Shown: positions 17,388 to 25,699 of the stretch, piece by piece
Layout: the number at the start of each line of letters is the position of its first letter
How positions within the stretch are numbered: position 1 is the first letter of the stretch
Origin: Propionibacterium ruminifibrarum
GTDB lineage: Bacteria; Actinomycetota; Actinomycetes; Propionibacteriales; Propionibacteriaceae
Direction of reading: 5' to 3'
Length of the DNA: 32,000 nucleotides
Assembly (NCBI RefSeq): GCF_900289195.1
Contig: NZ_OMOH01000001.1
Location: forward strand, 238,706-270,705
The notes under the pieces: generated by a model
Seen by the model: the letters and a program-made list of their open reading frames with translations, nothing else
What the model was told of the DNA's origin: nothing
Database searches by the model: none
Made by a program: the position numbers and the translations under genes

Positions 17388-19172
17388 TCAGCGTCTGCTG
17401 GGGGCGGCACCGCCTGGGCCCATGCCGCCGTCGTTGCCGGGTGCCATGCCACCACCGCCGGGCCCCATGGCACCGCCGCTGGACTGGTTGGCGACCACGT
17501 TCGTCGAGGTGCCGTCGACGCTCACCGTGTAGGTGCCGCCGGGGGTCATGGCCGGGGAGCTGACGATGATGTTCTGGGCCGCCCTGGCCAGCGTGTAACT
17601 GGCGATCTCGGTGCCGGACTCGTCCGAGATCGTCACGGTGGAGCCGGCACGGCCGTCCGCGGAGGCCTGGACCCAGCCCTGCGGGGAGTCGGCGTCGGGC
17701 GACTCGGCCATGCCCTGGCTGCCCGCGGCGAAGAGCGTGCCGCCGGTGATCTGCAGGGAGGTGCCGACGTCGAGGGCGCCGTTGTCGCCGCTGCTTGGGC
17801 CGTTGATGACGGTGGTGCCGCCGGAGATGACCATGTCGCCGTTGGAGTCCAGGCCGTCGCCGTCGGCGGTGATCGTGACGGTGCCGCCGGCGATCGTCAG
17901 CGTCGAGTCGGTGGTGGCCATCGGGTCCTGGGACGTGCCCGAGCCGTCGGAGGCGTTCATGCCGTCATCGCTGGAGGTCACCTCGACGGTGCCGTCGTTG
18001 ATGGTGATGTCGTTGGCCTCGAAGCCCTCGTAGCTGGTGGAGACGGTGACGGCTCCGCCGTTGACCAGCAGCGCGTTCTCGGCGTGCACCCCGTCGTCGC
18101 CGCTGGCCAGGTCGATGGTGCCGCCGTCGATCTGGACGACGTCGTCGCTGTGCAGGGCGTCGTCGCTGGAGTCGATGGTGACGGTGCCGTCGGCGAGGCT
18201 CACGGCGACGCCTGCCTTGACGCCCTTGGTCGACGCCTCGTCGTCAGCCGCGGTGCCGGAACCGGCAGTGATGGTCGTCGTGCCGCCCGTCTGGATGACA
18301 TCGGTGATCGCCGCCACGCCGTCGCCTCCGGCATCGATGGTCAGGGCGCCGTCGTCGATCTGGACATAGCCTCGTGTGGTGTCCTCCTCGTTGTCGGAGG
18401 TGAGACCGTCGCCGCCGCTGGTCACCCGGACGGTGCCGCCCTGAACGATCAGGTAGTCCTTGCCACGGATGCCGTCGTCGACGGCGGTCACGGTGATCGT
18501 GCCGGAGTCGATGACCAGCCCGTCCGTGCTGGTGATGCCGTCGGCGGTCCTGCCCGTCACGTCCAGGGCGCCCTGGCCGCTGATCGTCAGATCGTCCTTC
18601 GAGTGGAGCGCGGCGTTGGCCGCGCCGTCGGCGCTGGTGTCGTAGCCGGAACCGTCCGTGAGCCGGTTGACCGAGTCGTCCGCCAGCAGCACCACGGTCT
18701 CATCGGCCTCCTCCACGAGGAGGGCGGGGCCCGTCGAGCTGGTGATCTCGGCTCCGTCGAGGATGAGGCGGACTTCGCCCTCGCCAGTCGAGTTCACGAT
18801 GATCCGGCCGTCGTCGAGCGTGCCGCTGATCCGGTAGGTGCCGACCCGGGTGATGGTGACGGTACTGCCGTCGATCGTCACGCCGTCACCGCCGCCGGAG
18901 GCACTCGCGCCGGACAGCGTGATGGTCACCACCGCGGACTCGTCGTACTCGGTGTCGGCCTCGTCGTAGTGCGAGCCCTTGTTGTTCGAGATGAGCGAGG
19001 AGGCCGTGGCCTGCTCACCGCCGGCAGTGGTGGCCGCACCCCCCGCCGCCTCACCGCCGCCGGCGGTGGTTGGGGCCGACGTGCTGGTCGCCGCCGGGTC
19101 GGTGGCGGCACTGCAACCCACGAGGCTCGCCGCGACAGCGAGACCGGCAAGGGTCTTCTTCCAAGAGATCAT
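17388..19172 (-). CDS. Secreted lipoprotein, Cthe_2159-type carbohydrate-binding parallel beta-helix protein
   Basis: Signal peptide plus lipobox MISWKKTLAGLAVAASLVGC, then an Ala/Thr/Gly linker. This is followed by about 20 serial turns of the type DG-x-TI-x-GGT-x-TI/V-x-A/S-x-DDG. The block GTYRISGTLDDGRIIVN...VRLILDGAEITSSTGPALLVEEAD is typical of this family. GGAG RBS present. Confidence 0.75.
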   Translation of the reverse strand: MISWKKTLAGLAVAASLVGCSAATDPAATSTSAPTTAGGGEAAGGAATTAGGEQATASSLISNNKGSHYDEADTEYDESAVVTITLSGASASGGGDGVTIDGSTVTITRVGTYRISGTLDDGRIIVNSTGEGEVRLILDGAEITSSTGPALLVEEADETVVLLADDSVNRLTDGSGYDTSADGAANAALHSKDDLTISGQGALDVTGRTADGITSTDGLVIDSGTITVTAVDDGIRGKDYLIVQGGTVRVTSGGDGLTSDNEEDTTRGYVQIDDGALTIDAGGDGVAAITDVIQTGGTTTITAGSGTAADDEASTKGVKAGVAVSLADGTVTIDSSDDALHSDDVVQIDGGTIDLASGDDGVHAENALLVNGGAVTVSTSYEGFEANDITINDGTVEVTSSDDGMNASDGSGTSQDPMATTDSTLTIAGGTVTITADGDGLDSNGDMVISGGTTVINGPSSGDNGALDVGTSLQITGGTLFAAGSQGMAESPDADSPQGWVQASADGRAGSTVTISDESGTEIASYTLARAAQNIIVSSPAMTPGGTYTVSVDGTSTNVVANQSSGGAMGPGGGGMAPGNDGGMGPGGAAPSRR

Positions 19173-19257
19173 GTTCTGCTCCGTGCTGTTGAGGTGATCG
19201 GGGATCAGCGGGGCGCACTCGGGGGATGTCTGCGGTCCTCCGCCATGAACGGGGTTA

Positions 19258-20133
19258 CTAGGACCGAGGGGGTGTCGGACGGCTGATGGGTATGTGCGTC
19301 ACGGGGACGTGCGGCGCGGGAACGGTACTGGTGGAGAGGTACTCCCCCACGACCAGGTCGGGGGCGAGGCGAGTCATCGTCCGGTGCCACTTGTTGTGCG
19401 GCAGGTTCTCGCGCAGGAAGGCCATGCCGGTGGCGTACTTGCTGAACCGGGCCGGCCGGCAACCCAGTCGCCACAGCAGACGGTCGGCCGCGCTTGCCGC
19501 CGCACCGGGTGACTTGGTCTCGACGACGACCGTCTGCCCGAGGCGGCCGGTCCGCCGGGTGATCTCGTAGAGCCAGGACAGGCCGTGGTCGAGGGTGAGT
19601 CGGGCCCGGGAGACCGGGTCGAAGAACGTCATACGCCGATAACGAGTGCTCAGCGTCGGCCGCAGGGCCGCCAGGCTCACCGGACCAACACCCGCCCTGC
19701 CGAGCGCCCCGTCGATCATCAGCTGCTCCGCGTCGCTCCACTGATCGGGGTGTCCTCCGGTCACCTCGATGCGTTCCTTGACGGTGTGCTCCCCGCGGCG
19801 GGTCTTGACCTCCAGCCAGCTGGTACCGGTGTCGAGATAGCTGCGCTCGCGGATCTTCCACCGGCGCTTGCGGCCGCGGGCGGCTGCGTAATAACTGTCG
19901 AGGGCATCGGTGTCGAGGTAGGTGGAGTCGTAGGTGAAGCTCTGACGGCCGTCGATCGTCAGGACCCGGGTCCAGGGCGGCAGCTCCTCGAGCAGCCCGG
20001 CCAGGAGGCGCGGCGGGACGAGGTACTTGCGGTCGACACGGATCTGCAGGGCGCCGGCGTTGTTCAACTCGGCCAGGTCGATCGGCGGGAAGCCCGCCGT
20101 GGGGGTTTCGCGGGGCATCATGGTGGTGCTCAT
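19258..20133 (-). CDS. VTC-domain (polyphosphate-polymerase-like, triphosphate tunnel fold) protein
   Basis: 291 aa. LQIRVDRKYLVP, RRWKIRERSY and SWLEVKTRRG basic beta-strand motifs fit the bacterial VTC/CYTH-like family. Its start overlaps the DUF4956 stop (ATGA). Confidence 0.75.
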   Translation of the reverse strand: MSTTMMPRETPTAGFPPIDLAELNNAGALQIRVDRKYLVPPRLLAGLLEELPPWTRVLTIDGRQSFTYDSTYLDTDALDSYYAAARGRKRRWKIRERSYLDTGTSWLEVKTRRGEHTVKERIEVTGGHPDQWSDAEQLMIDGALGRAGVGPVSLAALRPTLSTRYRRMTFFDPVSRARLTLDHGLSWLYEITRRTGRLGQTVVVETKSPGAAASAADRLLWRLGCRPARFSKYATGMAFLRENLPHNKWHRTMTRLAPDLVVGEYLSTSTVPAPHVPVTHIPISRPTPPRS

Positions 20134-20742
20134 GCCCGTGCCCCATGGGCGCCACCTGCGACGGGGCCTGGCGCGGCGCGACGGGCCCCGTCCTCGTCGC
20201 CGTCGGTGGCCCGGAACCGGACGTCGACCAGGGTGGTGTCGTTGACGAAGTCCAGACGCTGCACCGAGGCGGTGAGTACCTCGCCGCCGAGGCGGGCGCT
20301 CAGCTCATGGCGGAGAGCGGCCTCGTCGGCGATCGCGTGGTCGAGCAGGACGACCTGGCGGTTGGCCCGCCCGGTGACACGACGGGTGTCGATGATCGCC
20401 ATGGACAGGACGAGGACGACCATCAGCGCAATGCCGTAGGTCAGTGACACACCGACACCGCCGAGCAGCCCCCAGTGCCAGGGCGCTGAAGTAGTAGGCG
20501 GTCTCGATCTGGCTGAGTTCCTCGGAGCGGAGCCGGATGATCGACAGGACGCCGAACAGGCCCATGCCCAACCCGGCCGCCGTCGCGCTGATGGACAGGG
20601 CGAAGGCGACGGCCATGACGCCGATGTTCACCGTGATGTAGGAGACGACCATGTCCCGGCGGTGGTGTCGTGGCAGGTAGACGCCGAACACCAGGAGGCA
20701 GATCATCACCACATCGATGGCGGCGAGAATGAGATCGGACAT
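20130..20742 (-). pseudogene. DUF4956-family membrane protein gene interrupted by a +1 frameshift in a G5 (plus-strand C5, 20469-20473) run
   Basis: The N-terminal half (MSDLILAAIDVVMICLLVFGVYLPRHHRRDMVVSY...LSIIRLRSEELSQIETAYYFSALALG) and C-terminal half (LLGGVGVSLTYGIALMVV...VQRLDFVNDTTLVDVRF) sit in two frames. Deleting one G restores a single ~204-codon ORF. The span is 613 nt, not a multiple of 3. GAAGGAG RBS precedes the ATG at 20742. Confidence 0.65.
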
Positions 20743-20800
20743 GGGCAAGTCTCCTTCGGTCGGGGGCCACCAGACAATCCAGCGCGCAAATCTGTGGCAT

Positions 20801-20858
20801 TTCTGTGCGAAACTTGTGACGAAAGCTGTGTCTCTCGGATCACAGATTTCGCACAGAA
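20801..20858. promoter_or_regulatory. 19-bp inverted repeat (17/19 match, 20-nt spacer) in the AT-rich region upstream of the DUF4956-VTC operon; candidate operator or 5'-UTR structure
   Basis: TTCTGTGCGAAACTTGTGA (20801-20819) versus TCACAGATTTCGCACAGAA (20840-20858). CTGTG/CACAG pentamers occur six times within 20790-20858. It lies 59-116 nt upstream of the start codon. Confidence 0.5.
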
Positions 20859-20923
20859 TACTCAAGGAGATGGAACAGCTGGGACACTGGAGACCGAACG
20901 GAGGGTGCGGACACAGCAGTCAG

Positions 20924-20955
20924 CGACCCGGCCGGCTCGTGAGCCGACCGGGTCG
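20924..20955 (-). terminator. serA terminator hairpin
   Basis: CGACCCGGCCGGCTC (20924-20938) pairs with GAGCCGACCGGGTCG (20941-20955), about 13-15 bp including one G-U pair. It lies 22 nt after the serA stop. Confidence 0.5.
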
Positions 20956-20977
20956 TGCAGCACAGCGAGGACTGGTC

Positions 20978-22171
20978 TCAGCGGATCACGCGGCAGCTGA
21001 TGGTGTTGGGAACCTCGGCGAGGGCATCGAGCCAACCGGACTCGGCAGCCACGACGTCGGTGACCGCGTAACCGATCTCACCGCGGGTGGACAACGCCTG
21101 GAAGGCGATGTTCGCGTTGTGCTCGGACAGGACCGAGTTCATGGTGCCGAGGACGCCCGGGACGTTGCGATGGATGTGGACCACGCGGTTGCCCTCACGG
21201 GCCGGAACGGTCACCTCGGGCAGGTTCACGCTCATCGAGGTGCCGCCGGTCGTGACGTACTCGGTGAGCTTGCCGGCCACGTAGCGGCCGATGCTCACCT
21301 GGGCCTCCTGGGTCGACCCGCCCACGTGCGGGGTCAGGATGACGTTCGGCAGGCCCTGCAGCGGCGACACGAAGGGCTCGCCCGCCTTCTTGGGCTCGGT
21401 CGGGTAGACGTCGACCGCCGCCCCGGCCAGGTGGCCGGAGCGCAGCGCCTCCGCCAGGGCCTTGTCGTCGAAGACGGAGCCGCGCGAGAGGTTCAGGAAG
21501 AATGCGCGGGGCTTCATGGCGGCGAACTCGTCCTCGCCGAAGAAACCCGTGTTCTCGGGTCGGCCGTCGACGTGCAGGGTGACGACGTCGACCTGGGCGA
21601 GCAGGTCCTCGAGGCTGTCGCAGCGCCGGGCGTTGCCCATGGCCAGCCGGTCCTGGATGTCGTAGTAGTAGACGCGCATGCCGAAGGCCTCGGCGAGCAC
21701 GGACAGCTGCGAACCGATGTTGCCGTAGCCGACGATGCCGAGTCGGCGACCGCGCACCTCGTGGGAGCCGGACGCCGACTTGTTCCAGGTGCCCTCGTGC
21801 ATCTGGGCGTTGCGGTCGGTCAGGTGCCTGGCCAGGGCGATGATCTCGGCCATGGCCAGCTCGACGACCGAGCGGGTGTTGGAGTAGGGGGCGTTGAAGC
21901 AGGCGATGCCCTTGGCCGCGGCGGGCTCGAGGGCGATCTGATTCGTGCCGATGCAGAAGGCGCCGATGGCCTTCAGGCTCGAGGGGATTCGCGCCAGAAC
22001 CTTGTCCGTGACATTGGTGCGTGATCGGATGCCCAGGAGCTCCACGCCGTCGAGTGCGGCCACCAGTTCGTCCTCCCCCAGCGCACCGGCGCGTGTCTCC
22101 ACGTCATAGCCGGCCTCGGTGAGGATCCGGGTGGCCTCCGGGTGGATGTTCTCGAGCAGAAGTGCCTTCAT
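20978..22171 (-). CDS. serA: D-3-phosphoglycerate dehydrogenase (E. coli-type, with C-terminal ACT domain)
   Basis: MKALLLENIHPEATRILTEAGY...GIVGYGNIGSQ...NASRG-like LSRGSV...TPHVGGST is collinear with E. coli SerA. An alternative start at ATG 22198 (MTRPHKIHAMK...) would overlap the ABC ATPase gene. Confidence 0.92.
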   Translation of the reverse strand: MKALLLENIHPEATRILTEAGYDVETRAGALGEDELVAALDGVELLGIRSRTNVTDKVLARIPSSLKAIGAFCIGTNQIALEPAAAKGIACFNAPYSNTRSVVELAMAEIIALARHLTDRNAQMHEGTWNKSASGSHEVRGRRLGIVGYGNIGSQLSVLAEAFGMRVYYYDIQDRLAMGNARRCDSLEDLLAQVDVVTLHVDGRPENTGFFGEDEFAAMKPRAFFLNLSRGSVFDDKALAEALRSGHLAGAAVDVYPTEPKKAGEPFVSPLQGLPNVILTPHVGGSTQEAQVSIGRYVAGKLTEYVTTGGTSMSVNLPEVTVPAREGNRVVHIHRNVPGVLGTMNSVLSEHNANIAFQALSTRGEIGYAVTDVVAAESGWLDALAEVPNTISCRVIR

Positions 22172-22181
22172 GGCGTGAATC

Positions 22182-23075
22182 TTATGCGGGCGGGTCATCG
22201 GGCCCCGGGGGCATCTCATCCGGCACCTCAGTGGCGGTCCGCCGGCTCGACGCGGTTCTGACCCGGAGCTTCGGCACCGAGGCGAGCAGATTCCGCGTGT
22301 ACTCGCGGGCCGGGCTCGCATAGATCTGCTCGATCGGCCCGGACTCGACGATCCTGCCGCTGCGCATGACGGCGACGTGATCGCACACGTGCCGGACGAC
22401 GGCCAGGTCGTGGCTGACGAAGATGAGCGTCAGCCGGTCGCTGCGCACCAGGTCGGCGAACAGGTTCAGCACGTGGGCGCGCACCGAGACGTCGAGGGCC
22501 GAGACGGCCTCGTCGGCGATGAGCACGTCCGGGCGGGGGGCGATGGCCCGGGCTATGGCGATGCGCTGGCGCTCGCCACCACTGAACTCGTGCGGGTAGT
22601 GGCCGGCGGCATCGGCCTCGAGTTCGACCTGTTCGAGCACTTCGGCGAGGCGCTCGCCGTGGTTGCGCGGGACGTCGGGTCGGCTGCGCAGCAGAGGCGA
22701 TCGGAGCGGCTCGGTGATGATGTCGCCCACCGTCATGCGCGGGTCGAGTGAGCTTCGCGGGTCCTGGAAGACCATCTGCACGCTGGAGCGCAGGTCACCG
22801 AGCTGCCTGCTCGAGGCGTTGTCGATGCGGCGCCCGCGGAACAGCACCTCGCCGGAACTCGGGGGGAGCAACGCGTCGAGAACACGGATGAGGGTGCTCT
22901 TGCCCGAACCCGACTCCCCCACGATGCCCAGCCGCTGGCCGGGCCGCACCGTCAGGTCGACGCCGTCGAGCGCCGTCGTGAGGACCCTTCCGCGGGTGCC
23001 GCTGCGCCGGAAGGTTCGTGAGACCCCGCGTGCCTCGAACACGGGCACGCCCGGGTCCGGCTCGTCGTCGGTCAT
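22182..23075 (-). CDS. ABC transporter ATP-binding protein (DppF/OppF-like)
   Basis: Walker A GESGSGKST, signature FSGGERQR and Walker B LIADEAVSALD. Its start overlaps the preceding ATPase stop (ATGA). Confidence 0.9.
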   Translation of the reverse strand: MTDDEPDPGVPVFEARGVSRTFRRSGTRGRVLTTALDGVDLTVRPGQRLGIVGESGSGKSTLIRVLDALLPPSSGEVLFRGRRIDNASSRQLGDLRSSVQMVFQDPRSSLDPRMTVGDIITEPLRSPLLRSRPDVPRNHGERLAEVLEQVELEADAAGHYPHEFSGGERQRIAIARAIAPRPDVLIADEAVSALDVSVRAHVLNLFADLVRSDRLTLIFVSHDLAVVRHVCDHVAVMRSGRIVESGPIEQIYASPAREYTRNLLASVPKLRVRTASSRRTATEVPDEMPPGPDDPPA

Positions 23076-23908
23076 GGCCGCCCCTCCTTCCCGTCCCAGA
23101 AGTTCTCGATGACCGGAAGCGGCCGTCCCGGCTCGATCTGGTCGATTCGCGCGGTGGCGATCAGGCCGGCGGTGTAGGGGTGCTGGGGGTTCTCGAGCAC
23201 CTGGGCGATGGGCCCGGACTCGACGATGGTGCCACGGTACATGACCAGCACCTCATCGCAGACCTGCGAGACGACGGCCAGGTCGTGACTGATGAACAGG
23301 CACGCGGCGCCCGCGGCATCGAGCTGCTCGTCGAGCAGGCGCAGTACTCGCGCCTGGACGGTGACGTCCAGGGCGGTCGTGGGTTCGTCGCAGATGACGA
23401 GTTCGGGCTGGTTGATGAGGGCCATGGCGATGAGCGCGCGCTGGCGCTGCCCGCCGGAGAGCTGGTGCGGGAAGCTCATCGAGATGCGCTCCGGGTCGGG
23501 CAGACCGACCTGGCTGAGCATCTCGATGACCCGTTCGCGGGCCCTTCCGGCCGGGGCGCCCTGGTGCAGGCGCAGCACCTCGGCCACCTGCCGCCCGACG
23601 CGCATCGTCGGGTCGAGAGCCGTCATGGGCTCCTGGAAGATCATCGAGACGACGTCACCGCGCAGCCGGGCGAAACCCGTGTCGGACAGCCCGACGAGCT
23701 GGCGTCCGCCGAGTTCGATGGAGCCGCTGACCCGCGCGGTGTCGGGCAGCAGCCCCATCGTGGCGAGCGCGGTCACTGATTTCCCGGAGCCGGACTCGCC
23801 GATGATACCGACCCTGGCCCCCTCGCCTACGGTCAGATCGATGCCGTGCAGCGCCTCCGCGCGGCCGAAGCCGATGCGCAGATCACGGATCCTGAGCAGC
23901 GCGCCCAT
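23072..23908 (-). CDS. ABC transporter ATP-binding protein (DppD/OppD-like)
   Basis: Walker A GESGSGKSV, signature LSGGQRQR and Walker B VICDEPTTALD. Confidence 0.9.
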   Translation of the reverse strand: MGALLRIRDLRIGFGRAEALHGIDLTVGEGARVGIIGESGSGKSVTALATMGLLPDTARVSGSIELGGRQLVGLSDTGFARLRGDVVSMIFQEPMTALDPTMRVGRQVAEVLRLHQGAPAGRARERVIEMLSQVGLPDPERISMSFPHQLSGGQRQRALIAMALINQPELVICDEPTTALDVTVQARVLRLLDEQLDAAGAACLFISHDLAVVSQVCDEVLVMYRGTIVESGPIAQVLENPQHPYTAGLIATARIDQIEPGRPLPVIENFWDGKEGRP

Positions 23909-23909
23909 C

Positions 23910-24728
23910 TCAGGCCTCCTGCCTCAGTCTGGGGTCGAGGGCCTCGCGCAGGCCATCGCCGAGCAGGTTGAAACCCAGCACCGTGATGGCGATGAACACT
24001 GCCGGTACGGCGATCTGGGCCGGATGGTCGTAGACGAACTTCTGCGCGTCGTACAGCATCCGCCCCCATGTGGGTGTCGTCGGCTGCGTCCCCACTCCCA
24101 GGTAGCTCAGGGCGGCCTCGGCGAGGATGGCCCTGCCCAGTGCGGAGGAGACCTGCACGAGGACGACGGGGAGGATGTTCGGCAGCACGTGCCGCCAGGC
24201 GATGGCCGTCCAGCCGATGCCCGAGGATCGGGCGGCGGCCACGAAGTCGCGGCTCATGACGCTTCGGCTCGCGGTGTTGGCGACGCGGGCGAAGGCCGGG
24301 ATGGAGCTGATGCCGATGGCGATCATCGCCGTCATCGTCGAGCCGGTGCCGTTCGCCGCGGCCAGCAGGATGGCCAGCAGCAGCGCGGGGAAGGCGTAGA
24401 AGATGTCGGCCCAGCGCATGATGCGCCGTCCGACGTGCCGGCGGCTCATCCCGGCCAGGATGCCGATCGGCACGCCGAGGAGGGCGCCGATCGTCACCGC
24501 CATGACACCGACGAGCATGCAGATACGGGCGCCGACGAGGATCCTGGAGAAGATGTCCTGGCCGAAACCGTCGGTGCCGAGCGGATAGGTGCGGCTGGGG
24601 GGCTGCAGGGCGATCGAGGCGTCGACCAGGCCGGGGTCGTGGGGTGTCCAGAAGAACGAGACGACGGCCAGGATGCAGATGAGGCCGACGAGTACCGCGC
24701 CGACGACGAGTGGGTGGGAGCGCCTCAT
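23910..24728 (-). CDS. ABC transporter permease (DppC/OppC-like)
   Basis: MRRSHPLVVGAVLVGL...PLGTDGFGQDIFSRIL (N-terminal OppC motif) with a BPD_transp_1 core. The ATG at 24728 overlaps the upstream stop. The track ORF to 25487 is an artefactual extension. Confidence 0.9.
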   Translation of the reverse strand: MRRSHPLVVGAVLVGLICILAVVSFFWTPHDPGLVDASIALQPPSRTYPLGTDGFGQDIFSRILVGARICMLVGVMAVTIGALLGVPIGILAGMSRRHVGRRIMRWADIFYAFPALLLAILLAAANGTGSTMTAMIAIGISSIPAFARVANTASRSVMSRDFVAAARSSGIGWTAIAWRHVLPNILPVVLVQVSSALGRAILAEAALSYLGVGTQPTTPTWGRMLYDAQKFVYDHPAQIAVPAVFIAITVLGFNLLGDGLREALDPRLRQEA

Positions 24729-25693
24729 GAGCTCGTCTCCTCGTCCTGAGCACGCACCCGGGGATCGAGCAGGTGGTAGCAGATGTCGACGACCGTGTTG
24801 ATGACGAGGACGATCGCCACGAAGATCATGACGATCGCCTGGACGACGGGCAGGTCCCGCTGGTTCACCGCGGTGAGCAGCTGCGAGCCCAGGCCGGGCA
24901 GCAGGAACACGTTCTCGACGACGATCGATCCGACGAACAGTGAGGCCAGTTGCAGGCCGGCCACCGTGATGACCTCGAGGCTCGCATTGCGCAGGCCGTG
25001 CCGGATGACGGCCGGGACGAAACGCCAGCCGACGGCGCGGGCGGTGCGGAAGTAATCCTCGTTGAGCACGTCGATGAAGGCCGACCGCACGTAGCGGATG
25101 AGCATGGCCGCCTCGACGACGGCGATGGCGGCAACGGGCAGCACGAGATGACGCAGCCACTGCAGTGGATTGCTGGTCAGCGGCGTGTACCCGTTGGCGG
25201 GCAGCCATCGCAGGGTCACGGCGAAGACGATCATGAGGACGAGTCCGACGAGGAAGTGCGGGACGGCCATGGCGACCTGGGTGAGGCCGGAGATGATGAC
25301 GCCATCGGCGCGCTTGCGTCGCACCGCGCTGTACAGCCCGGTGGGAACGGCCAGGACGACGCCCATGAGCATCGACAGGGTCGCCAGCCATGCCGTGACG
25401 GCGAGCTTGGGGCCGATGATCGAGCCGATCGGCGCGCCCGACAGCGCAGAGGACCCCGGTTGCCCGGTGAGAAGCCCGCCGAGCCATTCGACGTAGCGCA
25501 GCAGCAGGGGCCGGTCCAGTCCCATCCGTTCGCGCAGGGCGGCGATGGAGGCCGGATCGGAGTTGGGACCGAGAATCGTCGCGGCGACATCACCGGGCAG
25601 CGCATTGATCAGGGCGAACACGATGAACGAGGCGATGAGCAGACTGCCCGCGAGGCTCAGGAGTTGGCGTGCGATGGCGCCAAGGGCACGCAT
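24725..25693 (-). CDS. ABC transporter permease (DppB/OppB-like)
   Basis: 322 aa, six predicted TM segments. C-terminus VENVFLLPGLGSQLLTAVNQRDLPVVQAIVM is typical of DppB-type permeases. Confidence 0.9.
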   Translation of the reverse strand: MRALGAIARQLLSLAGSLLIASFIVFALINALPGDVAATILGPNSDPASIAALRERMGLDRPLLLRYVEWLGGLLTGQPGSSALSGAPIGSIIGPKLAVTAWLATLSMLMGVVLAVPTGLYSAVRRKRADGVIISGLTQVAMAVPHFLVGLVLMIVFAVTLRWLPANGYTPLTSNPLQWLRHLVLPVAAIAVVEAAMLIRYVRSAFIDVLNEDYFRTARAVGWRFVPAVIRHGLRNASLEVITVAGLQLASLFVGSIVVENVFLLPGLGSQLLTAVNQRDLPVVQAIVMIFVAIVLVINTVVDICYHLLDPRVRAQDEETSS

Positions 25694-25699
25694 GGGTCG

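Noticed and set aside
17022-19286. 754-aa plus-strand ORF covering the whole beta-helix lipoprotein gene
   Set aside because: It is the antisense shadow of a GC3-rich gene. The translation is a Gly/Arg/Ala/Val/Asp smear with no motifs, and it starts inside the intergenic palindrome with no RBS. The minus-strand frame has a signal peptide, a lipobox and family-typical repeats.
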